Assembly (NCBI GenBank): GCA_964501035.1
Contig: CAZCRK010000011.1
Location: 1 to 37,819, forward strand
Reading direction: 5' to 3'
DNA length: 37,819 nucleotides
The position numbers and the translations under genes are program-made. The notes under the pieces were generated by a model that made no database searches, was not told where the DNA came from, and saw nothing but the letters and a program-made list of their open reading frames with translations. Positions 18,167 through 28,057 of this stretch are shown piece after piece (the first letter of the stretch is position 1; each line of letters begins with the position of its first letter).

Positions 18167-19039
18167 TCAATTTATTTTTTCAATACTTTTAACAGTAGTT
18201 ACAATTCCAGAATAAATAAAAGAAACCATATACCCTATTATTAAAAGACGTGTACTATGAAAAAATATATTTTCAAACCAATTTAGTTGTAAATCGTTTA
18301 TGAAGAAAATTGTATTTAAGTTTGAATTGTAAAATAAATCTAACAATACAACACTATTTTTTAAAAGTGCGAAAAATAAAATTGAAAAAAGTACAGTCAA
18401 TAAAATTGCTATAAACACATATACCAGCATTTTAACCCAATATTTCCAGAAGAATGAATATAGATTAAACACTCTATCAAATTGGCTTTCTTTCCGTGTT
18501 ATGGCAAAAGTCGGAGATGTAAAAATACCAAAAATTGCCACAATTAACGAATAAATCATAAATGCTGAAACAAGTAAGTGAATAGGATAAAATAAGCCAT
18601 ATAAGATAAATTTTAATTGCAAAATTTCAGATAATTTTGAAAACAACCATTCAATGGATCCAAAGAATAAAACAATGATTAAAATTCCTAACACGGGGAA
18701 TACAATATTCCAAAAACTTTGATACATACTTTTAAATGTACTAAAAATACTTATAAACTCTTTTTTATGCAAAAAATCTAATGTGGTTTTGGAAATATTA
18801 AAACTCAATACTATAGTTAATATGATTGACAATATAAACAAACATATTTTTATCAATGGATTAGAGGAGGAATTATAAACAAATTGGTGAAACACGTAAA
18901 GTGGGAGAGAGGTTAGTATCCCAAAGAAAATATTTCGGAATTTAACTCCGAATTTTACAGCATATTTTAAATCTGTTATATTATGTTTGAATTCAAAAGG
19001 AAGTGGAAGAAATTGAGGAGGTGTTTCTTCATTTGACAT
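18167..19039 (-). CDS. Hypothetical multi-pass membrane protein
   Basis: 290 aa with about 6 hydrophobic segments and no motif I recognise; overlaps the SPOR gene stop by 11 nt. Confidence 0.7.
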   Translation of the reverse strand: MSNEETPPQFLPLPFEFKHNITDLKYAVKFGVKFRNIFFGILTSLPLYVFHQFVYNSSSNPLIKICLFILSIILTIVLSFNISKTTLDFLHKKEFISIFSTFKSMYQSFWNIVFPVLGILIIVLFFGSIEWLFSKLSEILQLKFILYGLFYPIHLLVSAFMIYSLIVAIFGIFTSPTFAITRKESQFDRVFNLYSFFWKYWVKMLVYVFIAILLTVLFSILFFALLKNSVVLLDLFYNSNLNTIFFINDLQLNWFENIFFHSTRLLIIGYMVSFIYSGIVTTVKSIEKIN

Positions 19040-19736
19040 TATCTATCCAAATATCATTACCTCTAATCTTAACGAGTTTGTTTCGAACAGACTTTGCAAT
19101 TGATTCATCATCAAAACTACCTACTCTAACTCTCCACCATACAGCATCTTTTTTTGCGATATAAATGCGCTGTGTGTACGCATCAAACCCCAAGTCAATT
19201 AGCTCTAATTGATCTTTTCGAGCTTCTTCAAGTGATGGCCATGCAGCAACTTGAATCGTTAGATTTTTTTTCACTTGTGGTTTTGGAGAAGGTTGTTTTT
19301 TAACTGATTTTGGTTTTACATTTTCTTTAATAGGTATTTTAACTTCAGAAATTTTTTGAGTAGGTTTCTCTTTGGGACTTTCTACAATATCTTCTTCAAT
19401 TAGTGCAGAAGCATCATCTGCTTTAGCACGAAAGAGAAATTCTTCCTCGTGTAAAATTTCTCCTCCAATAGACTCAACCGATAATAAAATTCGATAATCT
19501 CCTTCAATATCAGGAGTAAATAACATTACATTTTGTTCAACCTTGAAATTGGCTCTACTTTTAGATGGACCTTCCGGAGGCGCCCATGCAAAAGTATAGT
19601 TTTCTGGGTTGTTTTGAAACTGTGTCGAATGGACTTTTACTGTTCTATTAACACTAATATTTTTTCTCTCAATTGTTGATTCACACGATGAAAGAAAAAT
19701 CAACCCAAATATGATTATAAAAGTCCGTTTTAACAC
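19029..19736 (-). CDS. SPOR-domain lipoprotein with an N-terminal PKD/Ig-like domain
   Basis: Lipobox LSS-C; FTPDIEGDYRILLSV (PKD-like strand); K/P-rich linker; SPOR motifs TIQVAAW and WWRVRVGSF; GTG start. Confidence 0.88.
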   Translation of the reverse strand: MLKRTFIIIFGLIFLSSCESTIERKNISVNRTVKVHSTQFQNNPENYTFAWAPPEGPSKSRANFKVEQNVMLFTPDIEGDYRILLSVESIGGEILHEEEFLFRAKADDASALIEEDIVESPKEKPTQKISEVKIPIKENVKPKSVKKQPSPKPQVKKNLTIQVAAWPSLEEARKDQLELIDLGFDAYTQRIYIAKKDAVWWRVRVGSFDDESIAKSVRNKLVKIRGNDIWIDNVK

Positions 19737-19746
19737 AATTTACCCC

Positions 19747-20172
19747 TTATTGATTAGCAATAAGTTCCGATTCTGTGAAGAAAAAAGCAATCTCTTTTTC
19801 AGCGTTTTCATCAGAATCTGAACCATGAACTGCATTTTCACCCAAGCTTGTTGCAAAATCTTTTCGAATAGTACCTTCATTCGCATCTTCTGGGTTTGTT
19901 GCACCAATAGTCGATCTCCATTCAGTAACTGCATCGGCTTTTTGAAGGGCTAATACCATGCATTGACCGGATGACATAAAGTCGGTTAATTCGCCATAAA
20001 ATGGTCGTTCTGCATGTACAGCATAAAATCCTTCTGCTTGTTGTTTTGTTAATTTAATAATCTTAGCACCCAAAACAGTAAAGTTAGCCTTTAAAATTCT
20101 ATCAAAAATTTGACCTGTATAATTATTTTTTACAGCATCTGGTTTGATAATTGCAAATGTTCTATTTCCCAT
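19747..20172 (-). CDS. ndk: Nucleoside diphosphate kinase
   Basis: RTFAIIKPDAV, GATNP, GTIR and NAVHGSDS. Confidence 0.98.
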   Translation of the reverse strand: MGNRTFAIIKPDAVKNNYTGQIFDRILKANFTVLGAKIIKLTKQQAEGFYAVHAERPFYGELTDFMSSGQCMVLALQKADAVTEWRSTIGATNPEDANEGTIRKDFATSLGENAVHGSDSDENAEKEIAFFFTESELIANQ

Positions 20173-20185
20173 GTTTCCCCTTTTA

Positions 20186-21079
20186 TTAAATTACTACTTC
20201 AGATTTTTCCAAAGCATGTTTCATTTTTGCACCAATTTCTGCTACTGATTCACAAACATCGATTCCACATTCTTTCATGATTCTCATTTTTGCTTCTGCA
20301 GTATCATCCCCTCCAGAAACGATAGCCCCTGCATGTCCCATACGTCTTCCGGGAGGTGCAGTTTGTCCAGCAATAAAACCGACAATAGGTTTTGTCATAT
20401 TATCACTAGCCCATCGTGCAGCTTCGATTTCCATTTGACCACCAATTTCGCCAATAACAACAACACCATGTGTATTATCATCTGCCTGAAACAACTCCAA
20501 TGCTTTCTTCATATCAGTTCCAATGATTGGATCACCTCCAATACCAAGAGCAGTAGTTTGACCCAGTCCTTCATCGACTAACTGACCAATTGCTTCATAG
20601 GTTAAAGTTCCTGATTTTGAAACGACTCCAATATTACCTTTTTTGGTGATAAATCCTGGCATAATTCCCATTTTACATTCATCAACCGTTATAATACCAG
20701 GACAGTTTGGCCCAATCATTTGTGTACCGTTTTCCGTAATAATTTTTTTCACCTGTACCATATCTTGTACTGGGATTCCTTCAGTTATGCAAACTACAAC
20801 TTTTATTCCAGCCATTGAAGCTTCAATGACAGCTTCTGCAGCAAATGCAGGTGGAACAAAAATGATTGATGCATTAGCACCTGTTGTATTTTTGGCTTCT
20901 TCAACTGAATTGAAAACAGGCACTTTACCATCTAATGCCATTTGTCCACCTTTCCCCGGTGTAACACCACCAACTACTTTAGTGCCATACTCAAGCATTT
21001 GAGTTGCATGAAATGTGCCCTCTGAACCAGTAATACCTTGGACTATCACTTTTGTATTTTTATTAATCAATATTGACAT
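20186..21079 (-). CDS. sucD: Succinyl-CoA synthetase alpha subunit
   Basis: VQGITG, GVTPGKGG, GPNCPG, SKSGTLTYE and RMGHAGA (phospho-His). Confidence 0.98.
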   Translation of the reverse strand: MSILINKNTKVIVQGITGSEGTFHATQMLEYGTKVVGGVTPGKGGQMALDGKVPVFNSVEEAKNTTGANASIIFVPPAFAAEAVIEASMAGIKVVVCITEGIPVQDMVQVKKIITENGTQMIGPNCPGIITVDECKMGIMPGFITKKGNIGVVSKSGTLTYEAIGQLVDEGLGQTTALGIGGDPIIGTDMKKALELFQADDNTHGVVVIGEIGGQMEIEAARWASDNMTKPIVGFIAGQTAPPGRRMGHAGAIVSGGDDTAEAKMRIMKECGIDVCESVAEIGAKMKHALEKSEVVI

Positions 21080-21091
21080 TATAACCTCTCA

Positions 21092-22267
21092 TTACTGTTG
21101 CGTTGCTTTTACAACTTTTTCTGCTGCATCTTGCATGCTTTCTGCTGGGATAATTGATACACCTGAGTTTGTTAATATTTCTTTTGCCTCTGTAGCATTT
21201 GTTCCTTCCAATCGAACTACAACGGGAACAGATAAATGTAAATCTTTTACAGCTTGTACCACGCCATTCGCAACACGGTCACATCTCACAATACCACCGA
21301 AAATATTAATCAATACAGCTTTTACATTTGAATCACTTAAAATAATTTTAAAACCATTTTTTACAGTATCCACATTTGCAGTTCCACCTACATCTAAAAA
21401 GTTAGCCGGTTCACCACCAGCAAGTTTAATAATGTCCATGGTTGCCATTGCTAAACCAGCTCCGTTTACCATACAACCGACATTACCATCAAGCTTGATA
21501 TAATTCAAATCAAATTTACTTGCTTCCACTTCAGTTGGGTCTTCTTCATGCAAGTCTCTCATTTCAGCAATTTCTTTTTGGCGATACAGAGCATTACTAT
21601 CAAAATTAAACTTCGCATCCAGGGCAACTATGTCTCCATCATCAGTTTTTACCAAGGGGTTGACTTCAACAAGTGAAGAGTCGGTTCCACGGTAGCATGA
21701 ATACATTTGCATAAAAATTTTTGTTGCTTGTTTAAACGCTGAGCCAGTGAGCCCTAAACCAAACGCTAATTTTCTGGTTTGGAATGATTTTATTCCAATT
21801 AGTGGATTTATCCATATTTTAATAATTTTTTCTGGAGTTTCCTCTGCAACTTTTTCAATTTCCATACCCCCTTCAGTAGAAACCATGAAAACATCCAACC
21901 CTTTTGCACGGTCGAGTGTAATTGCAGCATAGTATTCAGATTCAATATCCAAAGCTTCGGTAATGTAAACTTTTCGAACACGTTGACCGGATGGACCTGT
22001 TTGGTGGGTTGTTAGATTCATTCCTAGAATATTTTTTGCATTTTCCAATGCATCTTCTTTTGTGGGTGAATATTTTACTCCACCTCCTTTTCCTCGTCCA
22101 CCGGCATGAATTTGGGCTTTAACAACAACAGCTTCAGAATTGAAATCTGCCTTTACTTTGTCGATGGTAGATTCAGCATCGTCCAACGATTCAATTACAT
22201 AACCATCTTGAATGGGTATACCATAATTTTTTAAAAGTTGTTTTCCCTGATACTCATGTATTTTCAT
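21092..22267 (-). CDS. sucC: Succinyl-CoA synthetase beta subunit
   Basis: MKIHEYQGK, KAQIHAGGRGKGGGV, NGAGLAMATMD, NFLDVGG and NIFGGIVRCD. Confidence 0.98.
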   Translation of the reverse strand: MKIHEYQGKQLLKNYGIPIQDGYVIESLDDAESTIDKVKADFNSEAVVVKAQIHAGGRGKGGGVKYSPTKEDALENAKNILGMNLTTHQTGPSGQRVRKVYITEALDIESEYYAAITLDRAKGLDVFMVSTEGGMEIEKVAEETPEKIIKIWINPLIGIKSFQTRKLAFGLGLTGSAFKQATKIFMQMYSCYRGTDSSLVEVNPLVKTDDGDIVALDAKFNFDSNALYRQKEIAEMRDLHEEDPTEVEASKFDLNYIKLDGNVGCMVNGAGLAMATMDIIKLAGGEPANFLDVGGTANVDTVKNGFKIILSDSNVKAVLINIFGGIVRCDRVANGVVQAVKDLHLSVPVVVRLEGTNATEAKEILTNSGVSIIPAESMQDAAEKVVKATQQ

Positions 22268-22277
22268 GCATAATCCT

Positions 22278-23228
22278 TCATTTAATTATTCGTGTACCTG
22301 CTTTTCCATTTAAAGCATCTTTAACTTTGTCAATTGAGGTGATAACTACTGACGATCCATGATACTTCAAAAAGTAAATCGCAGCTCTGAGTTTTGGCTC
22401 CATGGTACCTCTTCCAAAATGACCATCATTTATCCATGTTTCAATTTCGTTTGCAGTAGCTGTATGGATTGGAGTTTCATTTTCTTTTTTGAAATTGAGA
22501 AAAATATTATCTACATCTGTAATAATATACATTTCTTCTGCTTTGATTATTCGGCCGAGAAGTGCTGAAGTTCTATCTTTGTCAATTACGCCGTCTAAAC
22601 CCTCTAAATTACCAAATTCATCATTATATGCAGGAATACCTCCTCCACCGCCTGCAATTACAATTGTTCCAAAATCAACCAAATGTTTAATTGATTTTCC
22701 ATTAAAAATATATAGTGGAGTCGGTGAAGGAACAACCCTTCTAAATTCTCCTTTTTCCTGCTCTTTTAATAACCACCCAAATTTATCGTGTAATTCTTTA
22801 GCTTCACTAGCTGAATAACGTTTTCCAATAAACTTACTTGGAGCATTTATTGCTGGATCATTTTTATCCACTTTCATTTGCGAAATAAATGAAACCACTT
22901 CTCTTTCTGATTCTTCTGAATATAGAGCATTTTGAAGAGATTGTTGAATCATATAACCCATTGAACCTTGAGTGTTTGCCACTAATACTCCAAGAGGTAG
23001 GGGTGGTGTAGTTTGCTCTGCAACTTCATTTCTTAACAATTCCGCACCAACTTGTGGGCCATTTCCGTGTGTAATGCAAATATTGTAATTAGCTCGTACA
23101 AAATGCATCACTGCTTTCAAACTTTCACGAGTATGAGCAAATTGTTGCTTTATTGTCCCAGCTTCATTTTTAGGAGAAAGTGCATTGCCACCCAATGCTA
23201 TTAACACAGTTTTTTGTGGTTTACTCAT
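22278..23228 (-). CDS. arcC: Carbamate kinase
   Basis: ALGGNAL, THGNGPQVG, PSKFIG, RRVVPSP, AGGGGGIP, GVIDKD and GTMEPK. Confidence 0.93.
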   Translation of the reverse strand: MSKPQKTVLIALGGNALSPKNEAGTIKQQFAHTRESLKAVMHFVRANYNICITHGNGPQVGAELLRNEVAEQTTPPLPLGVLVANTQGSMGYMIQQSLQNALYSEESEREVVSFISQMKVDKNDPAINAPSKFIGKRYSASEAKELHDKFGWLLKEQEKGEFRRVVPSPTPLYIFNGKSIKHLVDFGTIVIAGGGGGIPAYNDEFGNLEGLDGVIDKDRTSALLGRIIKAEEMYIITDVDNIFLNFKKENETPIHTATANEIETWINDGHFGRGTMEPKLRAAIYFLKYHGSSVVITSIDKVKDALNGKAGTRIIK

Positions 23229-23240
23229 TAGAGAGTGACT

Positions 23241-24872
23241 TTACTTCTCTTCCAAAAATGGATATCGATAATCAACTGGAGGTACAAATGTCTCTTTTAT
23301 GGTACGTTGAGAAACCCATCGTAGTAGATTTACGGCTGACCCTGCTTTATCATTTGTCCCTGAAGCTCTAGCACCTCCAAAAGGTTGTTGACCAACTACT
23401 GCACCTGTTGGTTTATCGTTTATATAAAAATTACCTGCAGAATTTTCTAACAACTTTGCTCCAACATTAATAGCATATCTATCTTTTGCAAAAATTGCAC
23501 CCGTTAATGCATAGGGTGATGTTGAATCTACCAACTTACAAACTTCTTCCCACGTTTCATCATAGATGTAAATTGTTAATACAGGTCCAAAAATTTCTTC
23601 TTCCATTGATTTGAAATGAGGATTTGTTGTTACAATTGTTGTGGGTTCAATAAAGTACCCTGTCGATTTATCATATCCACCACCCGTTAATATTTCAGCG
23701 TCATTGGCATTTTTTGCATAATCAATATAGGCGGTGATACTATCAAATGCAGCTTCATCAATGACAGCATTTACAAAATGAGTAAAATTTTCTGGATCTC
23801 CCATTTTAAGAGTCGCAACATCATTCACAAATTTCTCTTTTACATCATTCCAGAGCGATTTAGGAATATAACATCGTGATGCAGCAGAACATTTTTGACC
23901 CTGGTATTCAAATGCGCCACGAAGCATACCTGTTGCTACTTCATTTGCATCTGCAGATTCATGAACCGCAATAAAATCTTTACCACCCGTTTCACCTACA
24001 ATTCTTGGATATGTTTTATAAGTTTGGATATTTTCTCCAACAGTTTTCCACATACCTTGAAATACTTCAGTTGAGCCAGTGAAGTGGATACCAGCTAAAT
24101 ATTCACTAGCGAGTACTGGATTACCTACTTGACCACCTGATCCTGGGATGAAATTAATAACACCATCAGGTACTCCAGCCTCTTTAAACAATTTCATTAA
24201 AAAATACCCTGAATAAACGGCAGATGATGCTGGTTTCCATAGTGCTACATTTCCCATTAATGCAGGTGCAGAAGGTAGATTCCCTGCAATAGAAGTAAAA
24301 TTAAATGGAGTAACTGCAAAAACAAACCCTTCTAATGGTCTGTACTCAACACTGTTCCACATGCCATCAGGAGAATGAGGTGGTTGTTCTGCATAAATTT
24401 GTTGTAAATATTCACAATTAAAATTGAAAAAATCAATCAATTCACATGCAGAATCTATTTCAGCTTGAAATGCATTTTTGCTTTGGTTTAACATAGTAGC
24501 AGCATTCAATATATCTCGATACGGTCCTTGAAGTAATGAAGCAGCTTTTTTAAATATTCGGACTCTTGCTTCCCATGGAGTAGAAGCCCATTGTTTCCGA
24601 GCTTCTAAAGCAGATTCAATTGCCAATGCAACTTCTTTTTCACCGGCTTTATGGTATGTTGCCAAAACATGTTTGTGGTTATGAGGAATTACACATTTTC
24701 CTAAATTTCCTGTTTTAACTTCTTTACCACCAATAATTATGGGTATTTCGATTTGCTCAGATTTCATGCGAGATATCATAGCTTTTAAAGATTTCTTTTC
24801 AGGTGAACCAGCTCCATAACTTTTAATTGGTTCATTTATTGCTTTTGGCACATTTACAATCGAATTGCTCAT
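23241..24872 (-). CDS. pruA: L-glutamate gamma-semialdehyde (1-pyrroline-5-carboxylate) dehydrogenase, ALDH4 type
   Basis: QAEIDSACELIDF, PFNFTSI, GETGGKDF, FEYQGQKCSA, NDKPTGAVVGQQPFGG and SGTNDKAG. Confidence 0.96.
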   Translation of the reverse strand: MSNSIVNVPKAINEPIKSYGAGSPEKKSLKAMISRMKSEQIEIPIIIGGKEVKTGNLGKCVIPHNHKHVLATYHKAGEKEVALAIESALEARKQWASTPWEARVRIFKKAASLLQGPYRDILNAATMLNQSKNAFQAEIDSACELIDFFNFNCEYLQQIYAEQPPHSPDGMWNSVEYRPLEGFVFAVTPFNFTSIAGNLPSAPALMGNVALWKPASSAVYSGYFLMKLFKEAGVPDGVINFIPGSGGQVGNPVLASEYLAGIHFTGSTEVFQGMWKTVGENIQTYKTYPRIVGETGGKDFIAVHESADANEVATGMLRGAFEYQGQKCSAASRCYIPKSLWNDVKEKFVNDVATLKMGDPENFTHFVNAVIDEAAFDSITAYIDYAKNANDAEILTGGGYDKSTGYFIEPTTIVTTNPHFKSMEEEIFGPVLTIYIYDETWEEVCKLVDSTSPYALTGAIFAKDRYAINVGAKLLENSAGNFYINDKPTGAVVGQQPFGGARASGTNDKAGSAVNLLRWVSQRTIKETFVPPVDYRYPFLEEK

Positions 24873-25043
24873 AAAATAATCCTATCTTTGATTTAAATAA
24901 TGAAAATTGACATAAAAACAGACAAGAAAATTACCAATTTTATTAATCAGTGAACAAGCAAAAGGATGAAAAATTAGATGAATATTTCTTTAAATATATT
25001 TTTAATTCGTTGCAATTTTAGATAGCAATAATAGGAGTACAAT

Positions 25044-26402
25044 ATGATATCTATCAATCCTTCAAATGGTGAAAAAATAATGGAGTATGCTCCCTATTCA
25101 CAAAAAGAGATTGAACAAATTTTATCTGAAGTTCACAAATCTTTTGTAGATTGGAAAGAAAGTGAATTTCATTTTAGACAACAATGCTTGCAAAAATTGG
25201 TGCAAATATTGCGTGCTGAACAATCCTATTTAGCCAATTTGATTACTGAAGAAATGGGTAAGCCTATTACTGAATCATTTGCAGAAATTGAAAAATGTGC
25301 TTGGGTATGTGAATATTATGCCGAACATGGAGCATCATTTTTACAAGATAAAACTATACAAACTGAATTTAGTCACAGTTTTGTATCTTATGAACCCTTA
25401 GGTACAATATTAGCAGTCATGCCTTGGAATTTTCCGTTTTGGCAAGTTTTTAGATTTTTAACACCCAATTTAATGGCAGGAAACACATCTGTGTTAAAAC
25501 ATGCATCCAACGTGACAGGTTGTGCGTTGAAAATTGAAGAATTAGTGCAAAAATCTGGATTTCCAACCCATGTCTTTCGTACCCTTGTAATTCAATCTTC
25601 ACAAGTTGAGTATGTAATTCAACATGATAGCATTCAAGCAGTTACACTAACTGGAAGTGAGCAAGCAGGGAGTGCAGTAGCCAGTATTGCAGGTAGAGAG
25701 ATAAAGAAATCAGTTCTTGAATTAGGAGGCTCAGACCCGTTCATCGTTTTGGATGATGCCAATTTGGATACCTGTGTCCATTCTGCAATTAATGCACGAT
25801 TTTTAAATGCTGGACAATCGTGTATTTCAGCTAAACGATTTATTGTTTCTGAATCAATCTTGGATACATTTGTAGAAAAAGTTACCGAAAAAATACAATC
25901 TTTAACAATTGGTGACCCTAAAAATTCAAACACACATATTGGTCCATTAGCAAAACCTGAATTTGTTGACGACCTTCATCAGCAAGTTAGTGAATCGATT
26001 TCAATGGGTGCAACCTTAGTTTTGGGTGGGCAACCTATTAGTGGACATGGATTCTTTTATCCCCCAACCTTATTAAGAGATTGCACTGAAGAAATGCCAG
26101 TGATGAATGAGGAAACATTTGGACCAGTGTTTAGCATTATATCTGTAAAAAACGTTGATGAAGCAATAACTATTGCTAACAATTCAGATTTAGGCCTCGG
26201 GGCTTGTATATGGACAGAAAATCTTGAAAAGGGAATTCAGTATGCAAAACAAATTGAATCCGGAGCAGTGTTTATCAATGATATGACCAAATCAGATCCA
26301 AGGCTTCCATTTGGTGGAATTAAAAAATCAGGGTATGGACGAGAACTTTCCAAAGAGGGAATTCAAGAGTTTGTGAATATCAAGACAATTGTTGTAAAAT
26401 AG
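25044..26402 (+). CDS. NAD(P)-dependent succinate-semialdehyde dehydrogenase (GabD1/Sad-like ALDH)
   Basis: SINP, EKCAWVCEYYAE, VMPWNFPFWQVFRF, LKHASNV, ELGGSDPF, NAGQSCISAKRF and SDPRLPFGG; AGGAG SD. Substrate assignment is family-level only. Confidence 0.85.
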   Translation: MISINPSNGEKIMEYAPYSQKEIEQILSEVHKSFVDWKESEFHFRQQCLQKLVQILRAEQSYLANLITEEMGKPITESFAEIEKCAWVCEYYAEHGASFLQDKTIQTEFSHSFVSYEPLGTILAVMPWNFPFWQVFRFLTPNLMAGNTSVLKHASNVTGCALKIEELVQKSGFPTHVFRTLVIQSSQVEYVIQHDSIQAVTLTGSEQAGSAVASIAGREIKKSVLELGGSDPFIVLDDANLDTCVHSAINARFLNAGQSCISAKRFIVSESILDTFVEKVTEKIQSLTIGDPKNSNTHIGPLAKPEFVDDLHQQVSESISMGATLVLGGQPISGHGFFYPPTLLRDCTEEMPVMNEETFGPVFSIISVKNVDEAITIANNSDLGLGACIWTENLEKGIQYAKQIESGAVFINDMTKSDPRLPFGGIKKSGYGRELSKEGIQEFVNIKTIVVK

Positions 26403-26423
26403 ATTTGCTGTTAAATTGTAAAA

Positions 26424-26828
26424 ATGAAAGTTAACTTTACTATACTCATAATTTTTCACGTTGCACTACTATTAGGGCAAGACACCTCTTTAGTTAATGT
26501 TGAACATATTCTTAAACAGGGATCCACTTACCTTAGTAATGAAGAAAAACTAGATTATTATGATAAGTTATCTGGCAACTATCATCATAAAGATATTGTT
26601 AAATCTCTTGAGTTTGCATACAAAGGATTGGAATTAGCCATTCAAACCAAGAATCAAAAATATGAAGCAGCATTTGAAGGTAGTATTGGATTTGCATTAT
26701 CTCAATATGGGTTGAATGAGCAAGCCTTGCACCATTTTGAAAGAGCACTTGATTTAAATACTTCATTTGGCTTGACTTCAGAGGCTGCATGGAGATTAGT
26801 TTCAACTCTAAACATTATTATTTCGTAA
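26424..26828 (+). pseudogene. Truncated secreted TPR-repeat protein (5' remnant, possibly of a TPR sensor kinase)
   Basis: Signal peptide MKVNFTILIIFHVALLLG, then TPR-like helices (SLEFAYKGLELA; GSIGFALSQYGLNEQALHHFERALDL). Stops part-way into the next repeat, 10 nt from the convergent MscS stop. Confidence 0.55.
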
Positions 26829-26838
26829 TATTTTTGCT

Positions 26839-28050
26839 TTATTTTAACTGTTGAAAGTCATGTCCTGTTGGGTGTTGGAATATTTTCAATTCAAACTCAG
26901 GCAATACTGCTAAAATATGATCAAATATATCAGATTGTATGTCTTCATATCGAATCCAATCTGTATCATTTGTAAATACATATACTTGCAAGGGTAAACC
27001 GTGTTGCGTAGGTTCAAGTTGTCTAACTAAAAAAGTCATACTACCATGGATTGATTTGTTTTGTTTTAAGTATTCTTTAAGGTATGCCCTAAACGTTCCA
27101 ATATTAGTTAATCTTCTGACGTTTATACGCTCATTCGTATTTATATTTTGAGATTCGTTATGTTGTTTAATGTCTTTTGATTTTTCATTTAAATAGTTCT
27201 GAATAAGTTCAAAATTCATAAATTTACTGAGTAAATTTTCGTCAACAAATTTTATACTTGACATATCTAAGTTAATGCATCGTTTAATACGCCTACCGCC
27301 ACTTTGAGACATTCCTTTCCAATTTTTAAACGATGAGTCAATGAGTTTATGTGTTGGGATGACAGTAATTGTTTTATCCCAATTTTGTATTTTAACCGTA
27401 TGTAATGCAATATCTATAACATCTCCATCTGCACCAAATTGTGGCGCTTCCACCCAATCACCTACTTTCATAAGTTCATTTGAATTTATTTGAATACTGG
27501 CAACTAACGAGAGAATTGTGTCTTTGAATACCAACATTAAAACTGCTGTTAATGCTCCAACACCACTGAGTAAGTAAATTGGGGATCTACCGCTGATTAC
27601 TGCTGCAAAAAGAATAACTCCTAAAATTGTTAATATTAATTTTACAACTTGAATATACCCTTTAATATGAACTTGTTCAGCATACTTTGATTGCGAATAA
27701 ATATCTGAAATTGCCGACAGAAATGCTTGAATTGCAAATATTGCAACAACTACCATTGACCCTAGACTTGCTCTCTGTAAAATAGTACTAAATTCAGGCA
27801 ACATATAGGCAAAATTGAAAACAATTATTATTGGAGCAAAGAAAGCAATTCGATGGAAAAATTTTCTTTCAATAAGTACATCATCGAGATGGGTTGTTGT
27901 TTTTCGTAAAATTTTAGTAATACTTGTTAAAATTATTTTACGTGTAATAAAAAATGAAACCCAACTTCCCAATATAATAATTACAAATGTTAACATTTCG
28001 CTCCAAAATTCGTGCTGCAATAACCAACTTTGTAGTCCTTGAAAATTCAT
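26839..28050 (-). CDS. MscS-family mechanosensitive channel, YbdG/MscM-like
   Basis: GALTAVLMLVFKDTILSLVASIQ, GDWVEAPQFGADGDV, VKIQNWDKTI, SFKNWKGM, GGRRIKR, LTNIGTFRAY and QSDIFDH. Confidence 0.93.
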   Translation of the reverse strand: MNFQGLQSWLLQHEFWSEMLTFVIIILGSWVSFFITRKIILTSITKILRKTTTHLDDVLIERKFFHRIAFFAPIIIVFNFAYMLPEFSTILQRASLGSMVVVAIFAIQAFLSAISDIYSQSKYAEQVHIKGYIQVVKLILTILGVILFAAVISGRSPIYLLSGVGALTAVLMLVFKDTILSLVASIQINSNELMKVGDWVEAPQFGADGDVIDIALHTVKIQNWDKTITVIPTHKLIDSSFKNWKGMSQSGGRRIKRCINLDMSSIKFVDENLLSKFMNFELIQNYLNEKSKDIKQHNESQNINTNERINVRRLTNIGTFRAYLKEYLKQNKSIHGSMTFLVRQLEPTQHGLPLQVYVFTNDTDWIRYEDIQSDIFDHILAVLPEFELKIFQHPTGHDFQQLK

Positions 28051-28057
28051 CTTGATT

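Noticed and set aside
20333..21932. Plus-strand ORFs antisense to sucCD (20333-20581, 20643-21002, 21015-21503, 21747-21932), and similar ORFs opposite fabG, fabH, plsX, arcC, gabD and the GS-like gene
   Set aside because: Shadow ORFs expected from codon bias of conserved genes; no SDs or recognisable motifs.
24907..24937. Perfect TTGACA in the pruA/SSADH divergent region as an SSADH promoter
   Set aside because: No acceptable -10 hexamer at 16-18 nt spacing.
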